A DNA stretch of 64,000 bases from Proteromonas lacertae (lineage: Eukaryota). The notes beneath the pieces are model-generated. The model saw nothing but the letters and a program-made list of their open reading frames with translations. It made no database searches and was not told the origin of the DNA. This document shows, piece after piece, positions 27,701 through 41,819 of this stretch. How positions within the stretch are numbered: the first letter of the stretch is position 1; every line of letters begins with the position of its first letter. Where the stretch lies: assembly GCA_002245135.1 (NCBI GenBank), contig NGBS01000013.1:62001-126000 (forward strand). The letters are read 5' to 3'. Both the position numbers and the translations under genes were made by a program.

Positions 27701-30700
27701 TTACGTAAATTACATTCTTTCACTGGTTCTGAATCTTCTAATACATTACCATAAGCTCTTTGTGGAATAGCAAAGGATGTTTGCTCAATTATTTCATATC
27801 CAATTTCATACTTATTATTACCATCAACATCAGCAGAAATAAGGTTTTTACTACCTCTTTTCAAGATCATTGGCATTGAATATCGATTGTTTAAATTAAA
27901 ATGCATCTTACCAATAATTGTATCAGATTGATAATCATATAAAGCATCTTTTATTCCTCTGAATGTAACACCACCAAATTTTGCACTTTCTGTCAACATA
28001 TTATTCAACATAAAACCTCTTGAAACTGCTCTACTTATAACAGGAATATAGGCGAACAAAGAAGAGAATAATGCTTTAGTATTTATATATAATTCATTAC
28101 TATTATCTTCAACAAAAGTGTCATAATAATAAGCACCAATACTCGCTTCTCCTAAGTTATACATATCTAAATCATCCATATTCAAACTTAAAGTAGTGAA
28201 TTTATTATTCAATCCAGATTCATATAATGCTTCTAAAAATGTAATTTTACTTGTTCCTTCTAAGATTGATACTACTAAAGCTCCATCTGGAGATAGTCTT
28301 TGTATATATTGTACAGCTTCTTCCATCTCTTGATTCTCTAATGGAAATTGTAAATATACTTTTGGTATAATATTGAAGGTATTTAAATCATATTTCAATT
28401 TTTCAGCATAATAATTTGAATGGGTTGTATCTGAGTATAATATAATCACATTTCCTGGACTTAATTTCATTATTGTTGGTACTAAAGTGTAATAAGTTGG
28501 ATATCCAATTCCACCATAAAATCCATTCTCATGACATTCATTCCCTTCATAATCCACTGGGTAAAATATAATACTATCAGTTTCAACTGCAGCTTGATGT
28601 AATGCTTCTCTAATTTCAGTTTTAAAACCACCTAAGAATAAAAACATATTGAAATATTCAGCATGATCTTTCAATCTTCTATATGCTTTTTCTGGATCAT
28701 CTCCTGATGATATAACATAAGTATTTACAGTCACTCCATTTATTCCTCCTCTTTCATTATTATATACACTGGAACTATATACAGCTTCATAAAATAAAAT
28801 AGATTGAGCTAAATACTCTCTTTGTGAAGATACAACAATTCCAACTCGATAAAAAGGTTGAGAAGCAGCATCTATTTGTCTATCTTTCCAATCACAAATG
28901 ATATAATCTTCACGATTCAAAGCAACACGATAAGTTTCACCTCTCCAATCTCTGCTTACATAATCTACTAACTCCGTTTCACCTGTTACATTACTGATTC
29001 TACCACAGAAGACAGTTTGTGCGACATGATTACCAGAATCTACTTTGATATTACCCATTACTGAAACAATATTGAAATTATAAATTGTTTTTAAGATTTC
29101 TGTAGTATCATGATAGTCGTTTAACTTTGAAAACATCTCTAAAACCCATCTTGTAGCATCATATATTACAACATCACTATAAGCTGGATATTGCCCAGCT
29201 GTTAAATCAAAATAAAAGTCTCTAAATTCTACATTTAATGAGTCACTCCTATCCAACATATCAGCAGTATACATATAATGTCCAGCTGCATATTCTACAT
29301 CCCAATGTCGATGAGTATTTTCAATTACATAGATTGTATAAATTTCAGAAATTTCTGTAGAAGTTCCTAAGTATTTGAAATAGTTGTAAAATTCTTCAAA
29401 GAATAGTTCAGGATATCTTCCTGTTAATAAAGTAACAATTACACCACCATTTGGTAAGATTCTTTCAATCATTCTACATTGTCCAATGATTTGAATCCTC
29501 AAGCTTTCTTCAGTTTCATTAACCAATAACATTCCTTGATGTTTTATCGTTACATTGAATGCAGTAAATACTGATTGTAGCATAGCAATTCTAGTAGCAT
29601 ATCGTTCTAAATTTGAGTAAATAAATGCAAACTCACTTAATGGTTCTTTTTGTAATAAATGTAACATATAAGGCATAATATCTTGAGATGGAGAAACATA
29701 TAAATATACAGTATTCTTACTACAATCTTTACCTTCATTAAAACCAGTATAAATGAATAGTAAATTCAATGCTTCAATAGTTGGTTGCATTGCTTCTCTC
29801 GTCTGTTGATCACATCCTCCTACAAATACTTTAAATCCTCTGCCATAGAGAGTAACTATCATTGATGATGCATCTTCTTCAAGCGTTGGACATTGATATA
29901 ATTCAGAGACAATTTCATGATTATTGACTCCACCATTGTAATTCATTCTTTCTATTGAGTTAAGGGCCATTACATATTTAACAAAACCTCCTCCACCTAA
30001 TTCAAGGAAAAATGCGATTTTGATCGGATCTATTTCTTCTAATTGTTCACTTGAACCAGCTGCATAAGATATAGAATAATATTTCAAATCATTATTTAGG
30101 AAATTATAAGGTTTTGGCTTTAATGGCATATCTGTCGTCATTGCTGGTAGGAATACATCACTTCCGTTATACTGTACAAAGGATAAATGAGTCGTTACAA
30201 AGTTTACATCCATTATTCTCTTTTTTCCATCAGGACAATCTATATCTAACAAATACAACTGATTTCTTAAATTTTCTGCAGATATATCTGATGATCTTGG
30301 AACTGCTTCTTTTAAAAACAATAAAGTATCGTATGAAAATATAAACTCAGTTCTTAATAGCTTTAAATCACCTTTAAATTGTTTAATTTTATTTTGTAGT
30401 TCGACATTTCGTATATAATCAGATTGTTGATTATATAACATTGCTCCATAATGTCCAATAAAGTAATCATCAGTAAACTCATGGGTTGAATAATCCATTA
30501 TGAATAACGGATATATTGTTTTATTTGTTCCAACTGTATCACTATAAGATGACACAAATTCTTCTAAATGGGAATTTTCAGTAATTAATGTTATTATTAC
30601 AAGTTGTGGATATTCTTGACACTTTTCATATACAAAATTAGTGAAATTCTCCATTGTCGCATTTATGTCTGTAGAATAATGGAATCTAATTGGTTTATTC

Positions 30701-33700
30701 AAAAAGTTTGCCAATTTCATAATATAATCATTTCTATGTCTGCCAACACTGTTATTTTGATAAACAATTCCAACTTCTGTATAACGATCATAACTCCAAA
30801 ATAATGGGATATCTAAAACTTGATTTGTAACAGATGACATTTGTATAATTGTACTGTAACTAAATTCACCTTGTGATAATGATATAACGAATATTAACTT
30901 ACCATATTTCTTAGTCACATCATAAACAGCTTTTCTTTCATCTAATGAATCAGTTCCTATAAAACAAAGTATGTTATCATATGCAATAACCGCTTCTTCA
31001 TAAACTGCAGAGATTGTGGAAATATCTCCATTATAATCTGTGGTTAAAATGACTAAATCTTTATCATTTATTCCACCATCTTGATTAATTAGATCAATTG
31101 CTAATTGGATAGCTTCGAGTCGTTGTTTACCACTGGCTGTTGATATATCGAATAATGCACCAATGTAGTAGAAATCATATTTGGCAATTCCATTTGGATC
31201 TATAAAATAAATGAAAAAATTTGAAGAAAGAGAGAGAGAAAAGAAATATAATATATATACATTTCTTCCAATCACAAACCAAAGTTCCATTCGTAAACAT
31301 ATTTTCACTTCTACTAAAAGAGTCTTCATATACCATCACACTTTGTCCATTCTTTATCTTTAATACTCTCAACAATGTCAATGCTTCACCACTATAATAT
31401 ATCTCATACGGACCTAACACAGGATCTGGTAATGGATAGTGATAAATATATGATAAATATTGTGATGGCTTAATATAAGATCTAATAGCAATTACTTGAC
31501 TCCACAAGTTAAAAACATTTACTAATATTCCCATAGAGTTAAAAAAAGGAAATGAAGTTGTATTCAATTGTCTGGACATATATTCATGAAACATTTCCAT
31601 TATATCATATTGATTATTTGTTCCATAGTTATTATCTTTTTTATGATTGTAATAATAATGAGCTAAATAGGTTACATTCTCAACATCATCAATACCAACT
31701 ACTTGACCTAATGCTTCGTTGAATAATAATGAGATTATTTCATACTTTGTATCATTTACTATACCTTTATATACTAATCTACGGAATAATGGTATTTGAT
31801 ATGTTTGTGATGCTGTAACTACTATTACACCACCACTATCACCTAAGTTACTAACAACAGTGTCTATTATATAATCAATAGCTGTTGAATCTGTACTGAC
31901 TATTAATGAACCGGATATATTTTCAATTTCATATCCATTTTCTTCTAATTTTTTGAGTAAAATTTCTTGGGATTTTCTACCATATAAATCACCACTCGAT
32001 ATTATTGCTATATCTTCTACTTTTTCCTCTTTTGCTTCTAAATAGGATATTAAACATTCTAAATAGTTAGCTACTATTGGATTGGCATAAATAATGTTCT
32101 TTTTACATTCATCTCCTTCATTTCCTGATAAATAAATGAATTGGAAATCTTCGTCTTTGAGTAATTCTGAAAGTTGTAGTCTTTCTGTAGATGAACTGAC
32201 GAGAATACCAGTACGACAGTCGTATAATTCTATATTTTGTCTTATCTATAAAAAAATAATATAAGTAAAATATATTTATACTATATCAGCTGTATCTTCA
32301 ACATCATCTTCAATATTCACAAACAACTGTTTAATTGGTTTTGATCTGATTCCTCCATAACTATTCACTGTATCAATTAAAAATAAGAGAAATGCTCTTA
32401 AATATCTATTTTCTACATTCCTTTCACCATCTACGTGCTGTATAAACATTATAGTAATTGAATTAAACTCAGATAAACCAGTATCTTTATTTAACGTGAA
32501 ATTACATGATGTATTTGAGTTTTGTCCCATGATTTGATCAGGTTCGAATGTATATTTTGGTTCTATTGTATATTTCAACTCTGGCTTGCCACCTGTAAAT
32601 TCAAATGCATAATTGGTTGCTACTATGTAATGATTATCTAAAAGAGTTAATTCACCTCCAGCATAGGGTATTTTTCGTTTGTAGAAAATGGAGATTAAAT
32701 CCATCACTTTTGAGGTTGGAAGTCTTTCTAAACCGTAGATTAACATGTTCATTATACCCAAACTAGAAATATATAAATAAATAAATATACGCATAAACTT
32801 CATCATAAGGAGCTGATGGATTTCCTTTTTTATATTTATTTATATATTTTTCATTCTCAATATTATTAAACGAATCATCATAACCACGCATTTGATAATT
32901 ACCTTTATTATTTGGAGGAATTGTATTTGGATTATTTAATTGACTTGATACCAAACTTCCATCTAATAAAATAACAGGATAATCTTCATTAGAAAATCCA
33001 TATGTTGTTATTTTCTCCTTTAAAAATTTATCATATACAATATTGTCCTGAGATGACCAATATGTCACTACCTTTCTTCCAAATTTCTTTATATTCTCGA
33101 AATATTCTTTTATTATTGTATCATTAAGACTTTGGTGATGATAATTACCTATTTCTGTTTGTCCATAGTAGTATGAAGCTTTAATTATCCTTACTTGATA
33201 GAATTCATCCAGTGTACGACTATCTCCAATAAATCCAACACCTTCACTACCTCTTGTCGACATTATATAAGCCACTATAAGAAAATATAGACAATTGAAT
33301 AAACTATACTTGTTTCTATTGTATTTATTAATGTGTTACCCATTATATATCTTTTAGTACATTTTGCAACAGGGAAATAATTCAAACACCAGATTAATAT
33401 ATTCTTTTCTGTTAAATACTTTTCAACTTCTTCTGATAATATTGAATCCACACAAAATGTATAAATAAGTGTGATATTTTTGTTGTAATAATAGTCAATC
33501 TGTGCTTTGATATCATCAACCTCGTACCGGTGTTCTTGACAATCTATTTCAACAGTAATCTCACCACCTGTTTTTTCTAGTAGTTCATCCTTGGTGTAAT
33601 CCTTTAACAGCTGGCATTTAGCTGCATCGTCAGAAATGTTGAACCTTTTGAGGTATCCTACCTTTAGATCAAATGAAGCAGCAGATGCATATATAAACAA

Positions 33701-33721
33701 GAAGAACACTAAAAGATTCAT
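21782..33721 (-). CDS. Giant class C (GABA-B-like) GPCR: signal peptide, nine tandem type-1 periplasmic-binding (Venus flytrap, UrtA/AmiC-like) domains, 7TM; ~3903 aa
   Basis: Six frame-consistent introns (33275-33309, 32763-32790, 32246-32281, 31200-31260, 22431-22462, 22053-22088) join the ORFs. Repeats of ~390 aa carry IN..GG(I/V).G and FY/F....EG.EC. The 7TM has RHTRIIKSASPLF, C.ARIW, FSKAWRI and RN.S.EFNES. Confidence 0.88.
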
Positions 33722-33949
33722 TCTTTTATATTTCGTTAATAAATGACCAAACAGGTTTGAATCTTGAAACGATATTTTATTTTTAAAATATTAATTTAAC
33801 TACATTACTTTGAAAAGCAGTAGAATGGAGATATTATTCTACTTTATTTTCTATTGATAGATTGCGTGTGAGTAAAATACAACACTTTTAATAATGAATC
33901 ATAATAACAAAACCGCTTCACTAATTAAATAAATATAAATATATATAAA

Positions 33950-35846
33950 CTAATTTTCTTTGTGTATTTCGATATTAGATTTCATACTGTCCAATAATTC
34001 ACTTCTTACCATTTCAAGCCACTTTACTACAATCTCATCAGTCTCATCCAAATCATCATACATTTTTAAATATAGGGATTTCAACGATGGCATTATCTTT
34101 TCGTCTATCAAACAATTCAGAAATTCCTCACTAATAACAACATGGCAGGTAAATATCTTATCACCAAGATCAATATTCATCTTTGGACTAATCAATTTAA
34201 TATGAAATGTACTTCTAATCTCCTAATTTATAAAAAATAATTGATTATATATATACTTCTGGAGATAGTATCTTATTAATATCACATCCTTTTAATAATT
34301 CCTCCTCCTTTGTCAATTTCAAGTTCAAATTTGTAATAATACTCTGTTTTTGATCTAATTCTTCTTTTAATTGTTTCACTTCCTTCGCCAATATTTCTCT
34401 TGACTGTTCATACTCTTGTATCAAACCTGTTTGTTCTGTTAATTGGTTTTGTATTTGATTAATCATTTGAGCATTATCTATTCGTTTCTTCTTTTCTTCT
34501 TCCTTATTGGATATTTCTTTTAATAACATTTTATTAGACACCTCTAAAGATTTGGTTTGTGCATAAATATCAGTTATTTTATTTTCATACATATTCGTTA
34601 TGTCTTGATTTTTGAGTAATAAATCATGAACTTGTTGTTCTAATTCTAATTTATATCGATTCAATTCTTCATTCTCTCTTGCTGCTTTTGTATAACTATT
34701 TTCTTCGATATTTACCATATTTTCATAATCATCAGTAATTGATAAGATATTACTATAATCTGTTTGAGTTTCTGTTGTGTTTTTGTTAAAATCATCGTAA
34801 AATTCACCATATAAAATATCAATTACTTCATGTCCCATATATTTATTCATTTTTCTACTATCTCTCAGTTTCTTTTCATTTGCTTCTAAATTACTTATAT
34901 AATTTGATTTAAATTTATTATCATTTACTATCTTTGTTTGATATTCTAATAACTCTTTTGTTGTATTTTGTAAATCTTGATTCTATAATATAATATATAA
35001 TAATCAATATATATATATATATATAAATACACTTTGTTTTATCAACATCACTGTTGTTTCTAAATCTTTTATTCTTTTTTCATCCTCCATTATATAATTC
35101 TTATATTCATTTATTTCATTGTCTTTATATTCTATATTTTTTTGACTTTCTTCTAATTCATATTCTAATCGTTTTATTGTTTCATTATTGTTATTGAAAT
35201 GGTAATTTTGTGCTTTTTTAATTTCATTATTTTTATTTTTCATTTCTTTTTTCATTGTTTCTATTTTACTTTTTAAATCATTATTTTCGTTTTCCAAGTC
35301 TTTGTATTTATTCATTAAATTGTTTTGTTCTTTTATAATATTCTAAATGTATATTAAAAATAATATAAGGAAATATATATTCATACACTTTTTTCTTTTT
35401 CTGTTAGATCAAATTTGCCTATTTCTCTAAAATAAGTACTTTTCAATTCTGTTAATTTCTTTATTATTGTTCGATAGTCATCTTCCATTTTATTCAACTT
35501 CATCTTTAGTTTTTCACAGTTGTTACATTCTTTTATTTCAACTTTTTCTATGCTATTGTATTTTCTCAGTTTAGAACCTATTATTGAAGTTTTTCTATTA
35601 TGAAATTTATATATAATATCATTATATACTCATTAATTGGAGATATGTGTTTTTTATTGTTAGTCATATCATATGAACCATAGGAAATAGTACTAAGCCA
35701 TAAAATATTTAATTATACTCCACTTTACAACTTGAACTAGTGATGAAATCAGAATTAGAGTGAATCATATTTCTATGCTTTATATTATCGTTAGAATTTG
35801 GACTGTTATAATTATTCCTATTAGCAATGGGTGGGAAATTATTCAT
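33950..35846 (-). CDS. Coiled-coil protein of unknown function (multi-exon)
   Basis: Several E/K/N-rich heptad ORFs on one strand joined by short GT-AG introns. Confidence 0.6.
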
Positions 35847-35989
35847 ATTCCTGAGAAAATCACTAAAATAGATAAAACGATAAATTTTCAAACACCCATT
35901 TTAATTTTCAAATATTTTTTCATAACCCACAAAAATAAAAAATCATTATTAAACAATATTATCAATCATTTTAATGCAAGTTACTTAAT

Positions 35990-37571
35990 TTAATCACCTA
36001 AATAATGTTTCTTATTCTTTATATCTTTACGATATAAGCTTGTACCTTGACAGAAAGCTTCAACATCTTCAACTGTTCTTGGAACGTTAGATAAATCTTC
36101 AATACCACCTTCAGTAATTAAAATATCATCTTCAATTCTGCAACCGCCAATTGGGAAATATAATTCCTCAATTACGTCTTTATTCATGAATTTTGATTTT
36201 TCTGGGTTATTGTAAGCTTCATCTAATAAACATCTAATGAAATATAAACCTGGCTCACAGGTAATCAACATACCAACCTCCAAGTTTCGGCTTGTTCTCA
36301 AACTCTTATATCCAGCTTGATCTACTAATTTTTCTGGATATCCTTTCAAATAACCACCAACATCATGTGTATCACATCCCATAAAGTGACCTAAACCATG
36401 GGGCATGAAAGTTGCACCTAAATTAACTTTCATCATATCATCAACACTTCCTTTCAATATACCAGCTTCAGTTAATTTAGTTAAACCAATTTTATAAGCT
36501 AAAGTATGCATATCTCTCCAATTAACACCTGGTTTCATTGAATCTTGAACTCCCCAATTCATAGCTAATACAGCTTCATATATAATCTTCTGTTGAGCTG
36601 AATATTTACCATTAGCAGGGAATGTGCAAGTAATATCACTAGTATAACCATATAACTCCATACCTTGATCTGAACAAATCCAATCTCCATCCTTTATAAT
36701 GGCATTATTAGGAGCAGCAGCATGTCCATAATGTAATATTGAACTATTACGTCCAGTTCCACAGATAGATGTATAAGCAGCCATTCTAGTTCCACCAGTA
36801 TAATAAGCAGTGTGCATGAAGATGGATTCTAATTGGAACTCGTACATATTTGGAGCACAGTGTTTCATACAGGCAATATGACCATCACTTGTACGTTTAT
36901 TGATGTATTTTAATAATTTGATTTCTTCACTGTTTTTATGAACTCTAGCTTCAGCAATGTGTTGGAATAATAAACCAGTATCTACACGGTAATCTTCCAT
37001 ACCATCCCATTTGGCGGGTTTGATGTATTTACCGCTATCACTGTTTTGACCTTCTAATACATAAATACATTTTGGTGAATGTTCCTTTTAACCATTGGCT
37101 TAATTCATCTGCGAAGTATACTTCATCTACTCCGTAGTGTTGTTTGATTTCTGCTGCTGTTGGAACATGTCCAAACCAAATTGCATAGGATGGATCTAAT
37201 CTTGCAGCAAATAAGATTGATTTGCCTGTGTCTATTTCAATTGCACCATAATATCCAGGTTCTTGAACACCAAAACAATAATTGAAATAACTCTCTTGAC
37301 GGAATAATGGTTCAAGATCTATTCGTATAATATATTATTTATTAATAAATTAAATACCTGAATCATATCTTTCTGGATCTGGTCCACCTTGTAATAAGAT
37401 GATTGACTTTTCAATATGAGTCTTATCATCACGAACTCTCTTTAATACACATTCACGGTTCATTTTGAACATGGCAATTGGGAATTCGTAACTATTGTAA
37501 ATAAATAACAATGTCACCTATGAATAATTATACTAATTAGCTTGAACTGAAGGTAATGTAACTGGATCCAT
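35990..37571 (-). CDS. PEPD: Xaa-Pro dipeptidase (prolidase, M24B)
   Basis: LFRQESYFNYCFGV, ILHYGHAAAPN, D.G.E..GY.SDIT.TFP, MPHGLGHFMG.DTHDVGG, T.EPGLYF, GGCRIEDD. Confidence 0.95.
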
Positions 37572-37782
37572 TTTAATGCTATGAAGATGTAAAAATAAAA
37601 ATGATACATTGAGAAAAGAGCAAAAGAAAAACACAAGTAAGATTGGAGAAACTAGTCGTTTTAAACGGTTTCTACGTTAATTGTGTTTCAATATGAATCT
37701 CTTGAAGGAGAATGTGTCTGTTGATGATATATTCATTGTTGCATTTTTAAATAAAAAATAACATCAACAAAATGATTATATA

Positions 37783-39668
37783 TTAATTCTTTTTATAAAA
37801 CCTCATTTGTGTTTTATGACTTTTCATTTCACCACTTCCAAATATGCACTGAGATGTGAAATATGGATGAGTATCAGAATAAAAGTCATACATCTCTTCA
37901 TTTCTTAGATTTATTGATCCTCTCATTATAATATTAGCCTATTGAACAATATAAGCAAAATAATACCTTATGCACTAACTCTGGATCAATATTACTCAAT
38001 ATATACACTACTTTTTTATCTAAGTCAAAAGAATCAATAAATCCTAAGCCATAAGACTGACAAATAGGTGAAGTCGATAAAATATTCATTCTATTATTAT
38101 TATTACTAGTCAACTTTGTATTAATATCCTCAGAATAACATAAAGCCACTAATGTCTGATTCAATGCAATAGGATAAAAGTGATGGTAAGACTGTCTGTT
38201 GGATTATATTGAAAAACACTTTATTAAATGAAATTTCATATTTTGGAGTATTACTAAGTAAAGATCCATTCAATATACTACATAAAAAAGATAAAAATAA
38301 AAAAAGAATATAAATACTTATATTGAAAAGGGACATTTCTTATAGAAATAAGTAACAATTCTTAAATCTCTATAATAACTATTATTTTGAATAGATGAAC
38401 TATTAAACTCAGTTGTTCCATCAGGTGATATTGTCTGTGTAACACTATTAATATCATAACATTTCTTATATTTTATATCATAAGTATCAGTTTGTTGATG
38501 TTTATTACTACCTTGCAACTATAATATATAAAAATAAATAAATAATATATATATATATATATATACTCTTATTATATTTAATTCTTCTACTTTCATTAAT
38601 ACAGCTTCTATTGTATTTAATCCCAATCCTTTTACCCATCCATGTGAGTTAATAATCAACGGTAAATGTGAATAATTGTCTTTATAATAATCAATTAAAT
38701 TACAACAGGATGTTGTATAATAAGATGGATTGATACTTATATTTATACTACCAATATAATGTGATAAAATAGGTGTTCGAAAATGTTGGAAATGAATACC
38801 AAATACAGGTGTATTTATTATGTATAAACTTACAAAACCAGAAGGTGAAAATTCTGGTTGACCAATATCAATATCAATAAAACAAATTTCATTATACATT
38901 TTCTTTGGCTTTTTATTATTATTTTCATCATTATTATTACTATGACATTTTGAAAGTAAATAATTGATCATATATCGTGAATATGTGCTTTTACCAGTTG
39001 CCTATTTAAAGTTTAATAAATAATATATACTTTTGATCCTAAAATCACAATTCTTGGTGATGTGATTATTTCATCATTTTCTATTATTGAGTCTAAAGTA
39101 CTACTCCATTCAGATGGATATATTTCTATTTGATGTGTTAATTTAGTTTCATTTGTATAGATTCTTACTCCTGGAATAATAAATGGCGGAATTGAATTCT
39201 ATTAAAAAGAATAAAAACTAAAAAATAATATACTATTGTTTTATCGAATAAAATAGGATTATTACACTTTTCTATTTCAACAATGGTTGGATACTTTGAT
39301 AAAAGATTTGTTACTTCTACTGGTGCAAATTTTGGTCTTGACTTATTCCCATCAACGCAGATAATTGGGATTGAAGATGAACATGTTGAATTTGATGCAA
39401 TTTCATATGCATTACCTATACTCAAATTGAATCCTTGAACTGTCACATTTCCTTGTATAACAGACAGTTTCATAGCTCCATCATAAATAATAGTGTCATT
39501 TATTTTCATTCCAATATAAAATTTATCTTCAGTTTCATCTTTAACATAATATTCAGATTCATAATCCAGATTCGATGAAATTGGATTTGAAATAACCTCT
39601 GCATATCTTGGAGATTTGGGACTTGGACTTGGAGTCGCTTTTTGTAAAGAATTAAACCTTCTTTTCAT
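37783..39668 (-). CDS. NOL9: Polynucleotide 5'-hydroxyl kinase NOL9/Grc3 (start could alternatively be 39740)
   Basis: P-loop ILGSK..GKST split by an intron near 39000, FIDIDIGQPEFSPSG, PLIINSHGWVKGLG, C.SYGLGFI.S.D. Confidence 0.85.
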
Positions 39669-39738
39669 CAATTTCACTTTTGTTGAAAGAGAAAAACGAT
39701 GAAAATTGAAAAACTTGGCTTGAGTGAAAAATTTAATC

Positions 39739-41572
39739 ATGTCTGTATATTCATTATATATTGATTTGTTTATAGCAAAAACGTAAACATACTAAAGAAG
39801 AACCCAAAGAGGTTGAATCACCAGAAAATGAAGATGGAATGGTATAGTTTTTTTTTGATAATCTACTAGGAGGTTGAGCCACCAGTTAAAAAAACAAAAA
39901 CTCAAATACCATGTATGTTTGGATCAAAATGCAAAAAAGGTGATGCTTGTCCTTACTATCATGAGAAAAAAGCACCGTTATCAAAAGAAGAAAAGAAACA
40001 AGCTAGTATTAAGAAGAGATCAAATGGTGATTTAATTGAAAAGTGCAAAGAGATATGGAATGAACTCCGATTAAAAGAATTAGAAGATAACAAACGTAAA
40101 GAACTAATGAAAAAGCTAATGATATTAACAAAAGACAAAATATCAGATATTGCACTAAAACACGATTCAAGTCGTATAATTCAGTGTATGGTCAAATACT
40201 CAACACCAGAGCAAAGTACTGAAATATATAATGAAATATGCCCACACTTTCTAGAATGTGTACAATCAAAACATGGTTCATTTTTAGCAATCTCTTTAAT
40301 TCGTCATGCTTCAAAAGATCAATTAGCAAAACTATTAGAAGCATTAAAAGGTCATATATATAAGTTATCACTTCAACAAATATCATCAAAAGTAATAGAA
40401 TACATATTTGACCAGAAGTTATCAGAGAATCAAGCCAAAGTATTTATTCAAGAGATTTATTTAAAAGAATATGTAAATTTTCCTCAAAAATCAATTTATC
40501 ATTTATCTGATTTATGTAAAGATAATGAGAATAAATTAATGAAGATTAAAGAGAGATTAAGACCATTTTTAGAGAAGGCTAAAGATAAAGGATTAACTGA
40601 TAATGTTTATGTTCATTTTATATTGTCAGAATATATTAAAAATAGTGAACCAAAAGTATATATATATATTATTGTCTTTTTTTAATCTTTTTCATTTTGC
40701 TTTTGTTTTTTATTTTTATATATAGGAAATACATTATATGACAACTCTATTCAATGAATTATATCCCGCTTTATTAGTTACTGAAGATGGTAGTTATTGT
40801 GTAATGAAAATGATTGGATATTCAACTGCTAAAGATAGAAAAGTCGCAATAAAGACATTTAAAGATCAAATTAAACATTTAATAGTTCATCCTTTCTCTT
40901 ATAAAGCAATAATGAAATTGTTATGTGTTGTTGATGATACTGTATATATATAAATATAATATAATATAATTATTATTATTATTAATTTCTTTTTTCTTTT
41001 TTTTTAATTTTACTTCAATTTTCTTATTATTTTTTTTAAATATAGAAATTATTACAAAAAACAATTCTCAATGAAATGATCAACTGTATGGATGATATAA
41101 TAGTGAATAACAACGCCTGCGAAGTCTTACTCCAATTGCTATCACCAAATAACGAGAAATACATTTCTAATGACAATATTGAATTATTAAAAATGAGTTA
41201 TTTACCTCAAGAAAATGAAGAAACTAAAGAAGTTGAAATGGTTCCTACATCTAAAAAGGATGATTATATCAGAAGAAATGAAATTCTTTCATTTACTGAA
41301 ACAACAATAGTTAAAAGCATTATCAATAAAATGGATGAAATGTTGATTAAAGAGAATGATATTTCAGTTCCATTAACTGTATATGTGATTTATGAAGAAT
41401 TGAAGAGAAATTGGAATATGGAAATAATAAACAAATTATGTGAAGTTATAACTGGTAATTGTGAAGTATTGAAAGAGAATGGAGGTAGATTATGTAACTT
41501 GATTTTGAAAGAAAATCCCTAGTGTTGAAATTAAACATCTTATTGTTAAAAGCATCAAAGAGAAGTATATTG

Positions 41573-41606
<34 letters not shown>

Positions 41607-41676
41607 TTGTAATAGTTATGATACAGTGAAAGAATACCCGAAATTTAAGAAATTGGAAGAGTTGATGAAAGATTAA
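39739..41676 (+). CDS. PUF6: PUF6/PUM3 pumilio-like 60S biogenesis factor with an N-terminal CCCH finger
   Basis: KHDSSRIIQC.VKY, L..VVDDT, CPL-type PTSKKDDYIRR.E; 6-nt first coding exon ATGTCT. Confidence 0.85.
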
Positions 41677-41819
41677 AGATTTGTTAAGTTATTTTTTGTT
41701 TGTTTATTTCTATTTTTGACTAAATTCTTTGTTGTTATTGTTATTTAGAGTTTTTTAAAATATGGTGATGGTTTTATCGAAAATTTTTGGCACAAACAAA
41801 AATTTCAAAATACAATTTA

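Noticed and set aside
40942..41045. Unusually long PUF6 intron as a snoRNA host
   Set aside because: It is almost entirely A/T low-complexity sequence; I see no C/D or H/ACA structure.
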